A DNA stretch of 64,000 nt from Craspedostauros australis (Eukaryota): assembly GCA_030167865.1 (NCBI GenBank), contig JALAGF010004545.1:1-64000 (forward strand). The letters run 5' to 3'. Of the stretch, positions 1-10,403 are shown piece after piece (position 1 is the stretch's first letter; the number at the start of each line of letters is the position of its first letter). The notes beneath the pieces are model-generated. The model saw nothing but the letters and a program-made list of their open reading frames with translations. It was not told the DNA's origin and ran no database searches. A program made the position numbers and the translations under genes.

Positions 1-456
1 GCGTGTATCCAACCTGCTTCAACTCAAGCAATGGAATCCGAGAGCCAGCTCCAACCACAGCCACTGCCTCATGGTCGTCACTGCTATGTGCCATGATCTA
101 CACTGCAGTGTATCTACGTGTGTGGAGAGCAAGGCGCTGTAATGACAGTATACCCTGTAGCACTGAACCAAGTACATCAGTGCAGGGTCTCACCAAGTTG
201 TGTGACATCGTTTCTTCACCCTATTAACACCACAAGCTAACTCATAATAAACACAGACAAAGATTAGCTTCAAAGCACTCTTCTACTCATCGTTACAGTT
301 ATAACTCTTCAACCAGCACACCTCTCTCTTGAACTGCATCACACGGCTATCCCGAAGCCGGCAGATTCACGAGGCATTCTCCACCGATTCGACGCCTACG
401 CTCGAATCCTAACTCCCCTAATGAATTTCCTCTTTGGATTTTCGGGTTCTGGTATT

Positions 457-1060
457 ATGAGCAAACACTCCAAGACCAAAAGCAAAGCGCACAAGAAAAA
501 GCGGAAGGACAAGAAACACAAATCACCCACAAAAACAAAAAAACGCCATCCACCACACCGAACCAACACCCGCACCAACCAGGCGCGGTGTTGATGCCGC
601 GATCGCCCATGGCGTCGCGATGGCAGCGGCCCGCTCCCCCCAACCGCCAAGGAGAGCCACTACGGAGCTCTGCGGTGGGGTGATCAATTGCTCTTTGTCG
701 CCGCCGGGGAAATCCCCACGCGTCAAACCATCAGCAGCGGCGAGAGCCCGAGCGTTTGCGGTGAAGACCGCGGCTGTGGCGGCACGAGCCAAGAGGGAAG
801 CTGATGCTGCAGCACAAGACGAAGCTGCTGCACGAGCCAAACAACAACAAGAAGAAGAAGAAGAAGCTGCTGCTGCACAAGAAGGCCAGGGCCTCCTGTG
901 GGTTGCAGGTGGCGGTATTGATGCACCTCCCCCAGAGTACGCATTAGATGAATTCGACGGCCTCGACCTACTTGGAGACCACTTGTTGGGGACCAGCCAG
1001 AATGAGCCAAGGGATGACGAGGACAGCAGCGACGAGGACAGCAGCGACGATGAGGAGTGA
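457..1060 (+). other. Low-complexity ORF (620-1060, Ala/Glu-rich then acidic), possibly extending to a basic N-terminus at ATG 457 via a frameshift; product unknown
   Basis: The frame of ORF 620-1060 is open from 461. A Lys-rich MSKHSKTKSKAHKKKRKDKK segment starts at 457 in the adjacent frame, and an A-run lies at ~531-543. No recognisable domain. Confidence 0.3.
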
Positions 1061-1299
1061 TGACATCGTACCAACATACATATAACAGTAAACAAGCCAC
1101 ACACACACTCTTGTACGCAGTAGCAAATAGTAAACCAGTAATTCGCCGCATACAAATAAGCAGCAAACATCAGTACTGTATGACAATGGAGCAAAATTCT
1201 GTTGTTTCACCCACTTAAAGGTCACGAAATGAATAGAAATATCGGGCATGGCAGTTTGCTCGCCTTTTCGCGGTATTTTGATATTGATGCAATTATATT

Positions 1300-1776
1300 T
1301 CAACACATGGCATTACCGCGCCTCCCAGCGACATCACCATCACCATCCTCCTCGATAACTTCCATGCCTTCCCCTTCTTCGTCCTCATCTTCTTCCTGCT
1401 CCTCATCCATGAGACGCAGCTTCTCCGCCAGCTCCGCCCGATCCGTCTTGATCTCCGGGACCTCCTGCTCCAGCTTGTCCAGCACCACTTGGCACTGGCT
1501 CACGAGCGTCTCGCACGCCTCCTGCAGAGCATCCAGCGCCGTCACGTCCGAACCCTTGTGCGTCTGAACGCGGATGTGGACCACGGGTTCGGAAGGATGC
1601 GGCACGGAGTACCCCGCGAATCCGACCTTGGCGTTGTTGACCAGGACGTGCCGCAGCGAGTTGCCCAGCGTGTGATCCTCATTGCCGATGGCAAATGTTC
1701 GATTCGTGGGTGCCCCCGTCCCTCGGACCTCCAAGGTCATGGGGGCGATCTGGAGCTTGACTTCATTCACGGACAT
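1300..1776 (-). CDS. RPAC2: RNA polymerases I and III subunit AC19 (RPAC2/RPC19), 158 aa
   Basis: EDHTLGNSLRHVL...FAGYSVPHPSEPVVHIRVQT is the RPB11/AC19 signature; GYSVPHPSE favours AC19 over RPB11. In-frame ATG at 1776 (MSVNEV), TGA at 1300-1302, acidic tail. Confidence 0.9.
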   Translation of the reverse strand: MSVNEVKLQIAPMTLEVRGTGAPTNRTFAIGNEDHTLGNSLRHVLVNNAKVGFAGYSVPHPSEPVVHIRVQTHKGSDVTALDALQEACETLVSQCQVVLDKLEQEVPEIKTDRAELAEKLRLMDEEQEEDEDEEGEGMEVIEEDGDGDVAGRRGNAMC

Positions 1777-2392
1777 GATACCAACGGTGCGTGTGCGCGT
1801 GTATGCGTGTATGTGAACTCTCTTGGGTGTGAGTGCGTATTGCGTGATGGGAAAGGTGATTCGTGAGGTTGTGGAAGTCTGGGTGGCCAGGCCTGAGAGT
1901 GGTGATGTCGGTGGTGATGGCACCATGAAGAGGGATGAATCTGGGTGTTCCGACCAAGATTTTCCATTTGGTTGGTTGTGGGAATGGTGGCAAATAAGCA
2001 CAGGCACCAAATACGCATAACTTTTGAGGCTTGGCTGAATTTTTGAAAATGATGGATCGATCGAGTCATGATTGAAACAAGACACGCCGGCGCGCACCTG
2101 TTGCCTTTGACGAGAACACGAACGGTTACGCGGAAGATACGACCGACAAAAACACGACAAGGCAATCCACGGTCATCGAACAGAAGCTGGCAACAGCAGC
2201 GTGGAGACACACCCAACGATCGAGGACAACGCGGCAACAGCAACAACAGGTTTGGCAACAAGAACGGAAGCAGCAACAGCTACGAAGGTCATAAAAACAA
2301 CTGGTTGATCTCTTGTCGCGAGAGTAATACCTCCTTTCAGCGTTTGCATCCAACACCACCAAGCCTCTCAAGCCAACCTTCCAACTTTCATC
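1777..2392. promoter_or_regulatory. Probable bidirectional promoter and 5' UTR region shared by RPAC2 and alpha-tubulin
   Basis: The two start codons are divergent with 616 nt between them, and CA-rich UTR-like sequence lies on each sense strand. No specific element identified. Confidence 0.55.
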
Positions 2393-4225
2393 ATGCGTGG
2401 TACGTTCGATACGGCTGTCACAGGATGACCACGGTGACGGCATTGCGGCGACCTGCGCCCAAATGCCAAGGCGGATCTTTGGAGGATACATGGCATCGTG
2501 AATGCGGAGCTTGCTGGTGTTGCCTCGCCAGCCTGGTGTTCCCTTTGCGCGGTACTCGCGTCTGCGTGTACCCGCGTGGTTGGATTAAAGATACAGTACG
2601 AAGATTGCCGACCATGGCGAAAAAACCTGACGGTGATGAAGAACGGCCCAACTTCCACGATGTGATTAGATGGCAGTGCACACGCAACAGACAACCAACT
2701 CTACCATCACGCAATGTCTCACCTTCCTGCCTTGCTCTTGCCTTCGCCGTTGTCGATTTTTCATTCGCGATGTCGCCATGATGCGCAACCGTAACAAACC
2801 GCACACGCCCAACGCATCCCTACCATGACATGAACGATAACAACAACAACAACAAATCCTCATACGATACGTACAGAGTGCATCTCCATCCATCTGGGAC
2901 AAGCCGGTATCCAGGCCGGAAACAACTGCTGGGAGCTTTACTGCCTCGAGCACGGCATCACGCCAGATGGTTCCATGCCATCCGACAAGTCCGTCGGTGT
3001 CGCCGATGACTCCTTCAACACCTTCTTCTCTGAGACCCAGTCCGGAAAGCACGTCCCACGTGCCGTCTACGTCGATCTGGAGCCAACCGTGTGCGATGAA
3101 GTCCGCTCCGGAGCCTACGCCAAGCTCTACCACCCTGAGCAGATCATCTCTGGAAAGGAGGATGCCGCCAACAACTACGCCCGTGGTCACTACACCATCG
3201 GAAAGGAGATCGTCGATCTCGTCCTCGACCGCATCCGCAAGCTCGCCGACAACTGTACCGGCCTTCAGGGATTCCTCGTCCACCACGCCACCGGAGGAGG
3301 AACAGGATCCGGTCTCGGATCTCTCCTCTTGGAGCGCCTCAGCGTCGACTACGGCCGCAAGTCCAAGCTCTCCTTCGCCGTCTCGCCATCCCCACAGGTC
3401 TCCACTGCCGTGGTGGAGCCATACAACAGCGTCCTCTCCACCCACGCCCTCCTCGAGCACACCGACTGCACCTTCTGCCTTGACAACGAGGCCCTGTACG
3501 ATGTCTGCCGTCGCAACCTCGACATTGAGCGCCCAACCTACACCAACTTGAACCGCCTCATCGCCCAGGTCATCTCCTCCCTGACCGCCTCCCTCCGTTT
3601 CGATGGTGCGCTCAACGTCGATGTCACCGAGTTCCAGACCAACTTGGTGCCATACCCACGCATCCACTTCATGCTGACCTCGTACGCTCCGGTCATCTCC
3701 GCCGAGAAGGCCTTCCACGAGTCCCTCTCCGTCTCCGAGATCACCAACTCTGTCTTCGAGCCGACCAACATGATGACCAAGTGCGACCCACGCCACGGAA
3801 AGTACATGGCATGCTGCCTCATGTACCGCGGAGACGTCGTCCCCAAGGACGTCAACGCCGCTGTCGCCACCATCAAGACCAAGCGCACCATCCAGTTCGT
3901 CGACTGGTGCCCAACCGGCTTCAAGTGCGGAATCAACTACCAGCCACCAAAGCAGGTCCCAGGCGGCGACTTGGCCGAGGTCAAGCGTGCCGTTTGCATG
4001 GTCGCCAACACCACCGCCATCGCCGAGGCCCTGTCTCGCATCGACCACAAGTTCGACCTCATGTACGCCAAGCGTGCATTCGTCCACTGGTACGTCGGTG
4101 AGGGTATGGAGGAAGGTGAATTCTCCGAGGCCCGTGAGGATCTTGCCGCCCTCGAGAAGGATTACGAGGAGGTCGGCGCCGACTCCGGAGAGAACAAGGA
4201 GGGAGGCTTCGACGAGGAGTACTAA
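2393..4225 (+). CDS. TUBA: Alpha-tubulin, 451 aa; exons 2393-2399 and 2877-4225 (intron 2400-2876)
   Basis: ATGCGTG|GTACGT...GTACAG|AGTGCATC splices to [20 protein letters not shown] signature, K40 retained, C-terminal EEY. Confidence 0.98.
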
Positions 4226-4791
4226 GCGCAGCGCTTTCCTATCCCGTGCTCGTACGCCATACCACACTTTGTTGCCAGCGATGGGTTGCCGCATCCTGTG
4301 GAAAGGCTGTTCACAACACAACCGCAGCGTGCGCAAGTCATTTCGTCATCATAATCTCGCTCGTAGATAGCATAATGGCATGTCAACCATGAACTATTAT
4401 ACAGCCCAATAACAACAAGACTCTACACCTATTCGTGCTCTGCTTGCGCTTGCACGTATCGTGGGCGGCGAACGGTTGATGTCATGCAAGAAGCGTCAGT
4501 CTGAAGTGCAATTTGCTGCCTTTTTGTCCTATTTCATGGGTCGCCAAACTCTAAAATAGCATCCAGCAAACAGCACTAATAGCGTGACATGAAGCTGAGC
4601 CTTCCGGAGTACTGGCACTTGTACGATGTATTCGCTTTGCTCCTCGCACATCCACCGGTCTAGTTGAGTCGAGCGCGGCACAGACGGTGCTCTCGTTGTC
4701 AAGTGCTACCATCTGATAGCGGTATCGTGCTGTCTATCCTTCGGAAGAACGCAACGCTGGCCGCGTCACGAGCGTGCAGCGCACTTCAAAA

Positions 4792-6705
4792 TCAAGCCAC
4801 TTTGAATGTTTTGCCACCAGCATCCGCCGTGAGTCGTTGGGCTTGGAGGCGGGCAAAGGACTCATCAATGAAGTCCAAGTATACCTGGAGGGAGCGGATG
4901 TATTTGTGGTCGCGTGGCGACAGCGCACCATAATGGTCCAAGTGTCATGGTGGACAGGTTGGGATGAGAGAAACACGAAGAAGGGTTGGTGTGGCCGGGT
5001 TAGTTGTGGTCCATGCAGAGCACATGATGTTCCCACCCTTTTGCCCACATGAATAACCACACTCATGGCATGCAAACAACGACATCAACATCAAAGACGA
5101 ACTTCCATGATCGCGATTCCAGACACCTTGGCCCCGTGGGCCCTTTTCGCCTGCGAAAGAACAAGCGCGTTTGCGTTCGCCCTCCTTCCATCAAAAATGC
5201 AGATGCAGACCCCAAAGCGGATAGACCAACAAGGGTCGCAAGTTGAAGCGCGTGCGGGAAATGTCAACATTGCAATGTTTGCATGCATGTGGTACCACGA
5301 AGCGAAGAACATGACGATGGATGGATGAATTGGTATGGAACCGAGGGCTCCAGCCCCAAGGACATTGTGGAATGGCAAACGTCCCATCTGATCTGTGTGG
5401 CGCCAACCACGATGACAAAACAAACGACCAAGTATGCCTGCATGCATGCAACGAACGTACCTTGAGATCGAATGATCCGCGGAAAAAGTTGCAAGACAGA
5501 TTCACTTCGAGGAGGCAGACAGGAAGAGCCGGATCGGAGCTGAGCACAACGTCCCATCCTGCCATCGGGACGTCTGGGCACATGCTGAGATGAGCATCTT
5601 CAACCAACGCTAGCATGGCCTTGATGTCGGGCACGTAGTTACCCGACACCGCGATGTCGCCATCTGGATGGGCCTTGTATCCATGGTGCGACCTCCAAGG
5701 ACAGCGTCCCGGCAACGCCTCGTGCAGCCCGAGCCGGTACCAGTGCGCGTTCGTCGTTCCGCCCTTGATAAGGCCCGTGTTGACATCGACGTCGAAGAGG
5801 ATGGAATCGTGATCCGTCGCGGCTCCTGCGCGGCCGGCACGGAAGACGCAGGACAGGGCCGTGACGTCCGCGAAGCTGGGTTTCTTGTTGATGTCGAGCG
5901 AGGCCCTGCTCTGCGTGATGACGCGGAAGGTGGACAGAGGCGCGTTGGATGGGAGGAGGGTGGAGACCCATTCCGAGTTGGCAATGACCTTCTGGATGAT
6001 CCAGTCACCGCCGTCGGTTGCATTCTTGTAGAAGTGGATTCCCATCCCGCCCTCCTCGTTCCTGTGCTTCACCACGATGCCCGGCGTCTTGAGGTACGGG
6101 CTGACGGGGACGCCGAGCTGATCGCCTTCCTCCAGGAAGGTCCATTTGTTCTCCATGCCGTACCCGGTCGGCATGTCATTCAGCAGCGCGTGCAGGCCGA
6201 CCACGTTGCAATTGAGCCTCCAGTAGGTGAACCAATCATCGGGGGCCAGCAATCGCGTCGCAAATTCGGAGCTCAGCGAGTTCTGGAACTTGGAGAGGAA
6301 CCATTTCTGAAGAGACGACACCAGGCTGACGGCAGGGTAGGCCGTCATCAGAAATCCCATGGCAACCCACCTGCTCCTGACGAAGAGCGAGAGGGGGATT
6401 CCAGTTCCTGGGATGGCCACATTGCGTAGATTGTCGATCAGATCATCCCTGTAACTGCCTTTGCGGTAGTGCGGCTTGTTGTAGAGGTAGAACGCGGACG
6501 CCAGACTGAAGAGGTGGATGCGAGCATGCTGCTTGAAGAGCTTGGTCTCAGCGGAGTCCGACGCCTTGGTTTGCAGCCCGGGGGGCAGCTTGGCGTCATC
6601 GCCCTTGATGGAGTACTGCCCGTGCCGACCTGCGCCCGCCAAGTAGTAGAGGAATCCCCTGTAGTAGGTGGACGTGTGGGAAAGAACGGAGATGATTTGA
6701 CCCAT
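4792..6705 (-). CDS. ATP-grasp ligase, sugar-transfer-associated / alpha-L-glutamate-ligase-like type, ~445 aa; exons 6705-5461 and 4884-4792
   Basis: Motifs VVKHRNEEGGMGI, WIIQ, LSTFRVIT, HPDG..VSG..VPD, GWDVVL and LLEVN occur in ATP-grasp order. Phase-0 intron AAG|GTACGT (5460) ... CTCCAG|GTATAC (4885) gives ...SFDLK-VYLDFIDESF...KVA*. N-terminus MGQIIS. Confidence 0.8.
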
Positions 6706-6860
6706 GATGGCTGTTGCTGTCGCTGTCGCTGTGTTTCTCAATAGCTCTGTCCGTCTCTCCAACGAGATCGTCTGTCTTTACTGATACGAGTTCGCTTCGT
6801 TCTTGCTTTCTGTCTGCGTGATGTGCTGATTGTTCGTTCGGTCGTTGAATCCTCCTCTAT

Positions 6861-6884
6861 TGGTGGTGGTGGTGGTGGTGGTGG
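6861..6884. repeat. (TGG)8 microsatellite upstream of the ATP-grasp gene
   Basis: Read directly from the sequence. Confidence 0.9.
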
Positions 6885-8768
6885 TGTGGGTGCAGGCAGG
6901 GGTACAGGTGGCCGCAGGGGTACGAGGAGTAGTGTTCCTCGATCTCGCTTTCTCTCGCATGCGACGTGGACAAGATACGAACGTCAATGGTAGCGCCCTC
7001 AGTTGCTGTTGTTGGCGAGGTTGTTGGCGGAGTTGTTCGCGGAGTGTGTGTGGTATGTCTGGTATGTATTATACCAATATGGTACAATAGGTGGAGGCGT
7101 TGTTGATGACCACGAATACTCGTACGAGAGTATGGTACGACTCAAGTGCGAGGGTGGTGTGATGATGGGTGTGACAGCGGATGTGGGTGGATGCGATGAT
7201 GATGATGATGATGTCGATGACGATGTGGTGATGTGTTCGATCTGTTTGATGTGTTTTCTCGCTGCAGCATGACGAAACGGTGTTGCGGTGTCAGATTCTG
7301 ACGACGGTGTCCCGCTGCGAGTGGGAATGTATCCACGACCGAAAGCATCCTTGGTTGGTTGGGAAATGATGGTCCTCCCACGTCTGGTCGCCCTTCCGTA
7401 TCAACACATATGTGTCAAACATGTCACTGAGCCCAAGAGAGTCATCGCGTGTCTGCAAAAGGCGCTTGGAGAATCGGACGAATGCGGCTCGTGCCACAAG
7501 AGCACGACCAACTCAGACGTACAAGTGCAAGGGGTGGAATCTTCTGCCAGTTGTTGGTGTGCCCCCTCTCTTTCTCTTTCTCTTTCTGGGGAGAGGCAAG
7601 CGCTGTCTGTGTCGTGTGATGCCATGCCTCTAGTTTACGGATACGAGAACGAGTCGAGTTGATGAGGCGTCCCGGAGGGATCATGTTGGAGTTCCGTGTT
7701 CGAATAGTACGGCCACTTCCACCTTTGAGCCGAGTTGGACGCCAATTCCGACCTTGGCTTCGATGGCAAAGCTCGCGATGCGATGGCATGGAGCAGCATC
7801 GCAACAGCGCTCAAGGACAATCCAACTCCATCCCTTTCCAGATACAGAAAACACTTTCTACCTGTATGTACCGCACAAGAACACGAAACGACAAGAGATC
7901 CCATCAAATCCGAGTCTTGGCGTTGCCGTGCGTCTCCTTTCTGCCGCGTCATGCATCCAACTTGAATCTGATCCAAGTGCCGACTCTCCACCTCACAGGC
8001 AACTTCAGCAAATCGGCTGGTTCTGCGCCATCATTTGGATCGGCACTTCCTCCCTGTTGTGCTGCTCCTGGTGTGTTGTCATGCGCTGGTGCATTTGCGT
8101 GAATGATCACGCACAAGTATGAGTTCGCGCGGCCACCTGCTCGATGGCCAATTGCATCCATTGGAATAGCTCTGCCGACCACGCAGAGTATCATGCCGCC
8201 AGAGTACGAGCCATACCTCCATGATCCAACTGCTCGACGAGCAGAAAATCGGAGGATCACTCTCCTCTCTTGTGCCAAACGGGTGCATGCATGTATTTTC
8301 GTTCCAGCGGTCTTCGGGGTTCTGTCGTTGTCTTCGTTGTGCTGAAATGGATCAGTTCCAACGATGCAGCTATCGTCCAATGCCTGTTGCGCTCCAGAGA
8401 TCCACTGCACCATAGTAAATCTTTGGATGAAGAACTTGTCAGATCGATTCTACGGAACTGTTAGGAATGATTAGAGTGGTACTTTCGCTTGTACTACATG
8501 TCTAATATTATGCTCTACATGTACGTACTCGTACCATCTTGCATTCCAAGAACGGTCCCCTCTAACGAAGCATGTCTGTCATCACAATCACCGCCACTGT
8601 CGCCGCCACCACCATCATTGTCAACTGCTCATCTTTGCCATGAAGTGAAGCAATGAAGTATGACGTAGAGCATGGAAATGAGCATACTCTACGACTCCAC
8701 GAGTAGAGTAGAGCAAGCACTTTCCCATACATATACATCGGGCACATGTAGGCAACACCGCTCACCCC

Positions 8769-10403
8769 CTAGACTGCGGCGGTTTGTTGGCAAGGTGAGG
8801 TGGCCTCTTGCAGCTGAGATTCGATCCCACGCAAGGTCTCTCGCATCGTGTCCAAGATGCTGTCGCAGTCATTCAGCAGCTCTTGTAGCTGCTTGTCTTT
8901 CAGGGAATTGTCGTCCGCGTCGATCGATTGAGCCGAAATCTGGCTTTCTTCTTCATCTTGGCGCATGCTGTCCATGACATTGCTGCCAGTGGCAGACGTG
9001 AACAGGATGGTTGACGTTGGCAATGACGGCAGCGGGGAAGACAATTTCCACGATGACTCAGTGGATGCGGATGAAGCCGTGGACTGAGGACTCTGTGGAC
9101 AAGCCGTAGCTGCATGGACGGGGCCCACACCTGCCGAATTGCTCCTCTGCCTGCATCCCGTCGTTGCTGGCTTGGTTGCCTTTGTTGCTGTTGGGGATGC
9201 CGCAGATCTTTTCTTCCGAGTAGCAGGGCCAGTTGCGGTGGTAGCAGCGTGGACACCAGTCGTTGCACGGGCCGCGCTCTTCCGTTTGGACTTGGTTTTA
9301 GCAGTGATTTTGCTCTGAGCTGTCTTTCCCTTCGATTTCGTCTTCGTCTTTGACTTCTTAGCCGAGCCACCTGCACTGGCCACGCGACCCGCTTCCATGA
9401 CAGCCTTAGCCGCTAAGGCTGCTGCTTTCTGCCCTCTCTTCGCGGCAGAAAGCGCCTTGGCCGCTCGCCGTGGGTAGGACGGCTTGTCTGGCTTGCGCTG
9501 GATCGTTAGGCACTTGTCCTTGTTGTCGCGGAGGAACGAGGGGTGGTAGAAGGCACCCTTCTCAGGTCCGGCCCCCTGGCATTTCTGAAAGCCGTACATG
9601 TACAGCTGCCTGGTAAAGCTGGTGATCTTGGACTGGTTGAAGTACATGGGCATAATGTGCTCCACGAACTCCTTTTGGTTGTAGATCTTGAAGGACTTGC
9701 CATGCGGCAGCCAAGACACCACATTCTCCAGATGCTGACTCGAGCAGTGCTCTAGCATCTCCTGGACCTTCCATGGGAATGGCAGCTTCACCGAGTCCAC
9801 GAACCGGCGCTTGCTGGGCTCGGACGAGGTCCTGGCAGTGCCCCCGATACCGCTCTTAATGCTTGCGGAGGCAACATGGTCGGTCATGCTCCTCGAAGCA
9901 TCTGCCGTCCCGCCCCTCGAAGGACTCATCGCTGACTCTGATTCCGACTCTGATGAGGAAGAGTATTGGTGGCCACACAGCTGAGCGTGGGGCGACGATG
10001 ACGTCACATGACTCATGACGGTTGCCGGATCCTCAGGCAAACACCCCCACGGGGCCCTTGGCATGTTGCCACCAGCAGCCCTGTCCCTGTTGTGAAACGA
10101 GGCATCAGGAGATGCAGCGAAGGAATGCGAGCCGTGGAAATGGTGTCCGGTGGTGTGATGCTGTTCTTCGTTCAGATCCATACCCAGCGCAATGTCAGTG
10201 TCCAGGTGCATGGCAAGATCTGCGTCCATGCTCACATCCAGATTGGTAGTGAAAATATCGCTGCTTGTTCCGCCGGTTGCATTTCGGTCGTTGGCTTCGT
10301 TGTTGTGGCTGGAGGCCCCAGAGACCCTCATTTCGGCTGATGGTATGTCTCTCATGGTCAGAATTTTGTTGGAGTCGTTCGAGTTGACAATTGGCTGGTT
10401 CAT
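8769..10403 (-). CDS. Heat shock factor family transcription factor (HSF-A), 544 aa
   Basis: HSF DNA-binding domain at ~9790-9490: PFPWKVQEML...VVSWLPHGKSFKI...YFNQSKITSFTRQLYMYGFQK...FYHPSFLRD. Followed by a basic region and a C-terminal coiled-coil-like helix. Single ORF. Confidence 0.93.
   Translation of the reverse strand: MNQPIVNSNDSNKILTMRDIPSAEMRVSGASSHNNEANDRNATGGTSSDIFTTNLDVSMDADLAMHLDTDIALGMDLNEEQHHTTGHHFHGSHSFAASPDASFHNRDRAAGGNMPRAPWGCLPEDPATVMSHVTSSSPHAQLCGHQYSSSSESESESAMSPSRGGTADASRSMTDHVASASIKSGIGGTARTSSEPSKRRFVDSVKLPFPWKVQEMLEHCSSQHLENVVSWLPHGKSFKIYNQKEFVEHIMPMYFNQSKITSFTRQLYMYGFQKCQGAGPEKGAFYHPSFLRDNKDKCLTIQRKPDKPSYPRRAAKALSAAKRGQKAAALAAKAVMEAGRVASAGGSAKKSKTKTKSKGKTAQSKITAKTKSKRKSAARATTGVHAATTATGPATRKKRSAASPTATKATKPATTGCRQRSNSAGVGPVHAATACPQSPQSTASSASTESSWKLSSPLPSLPTSTILFTSATGSNVMDSMRQDEEESQISAQSIDADDNSLKDKQLQELLNDCDSILDTMRETLRGIESQLQEATSPCQQTAAV

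Noticed and set aside
1200..1230. TTAA near CCC considered as a piggyBac end
   Set aside because: No matching terminal inverted repeat or transposase found in the window.
1777..2160. N-terminal extensions from the ORF track (RPAC2, HSF-B, HSF-C, phosphatase, giant gene, USP ORF at 60803)
   Set aside because: They run through CA-rich UTR or intron sequence and mostly rely on non-ATG starts; downstream ATGs or splice acceptors fit better.
2666..4336. 556 aa antisense ORF over alpha-tubulin, and similar antisense or alternate-frame ORFs over DDX3, GH125, the ATP-grasp gene and the giant gene
   Set aside because: Expected by-product of strong C/G third-position codon bias on the coding strand; no independent motifs.
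5191..5460. C-terminal ~90 aa of the 523 aa ORF as coding sequence
   Set aside because: It follows a consensus GTACGT donor and loses coding character; the spliced exon at 4884-4792 is more plausible.
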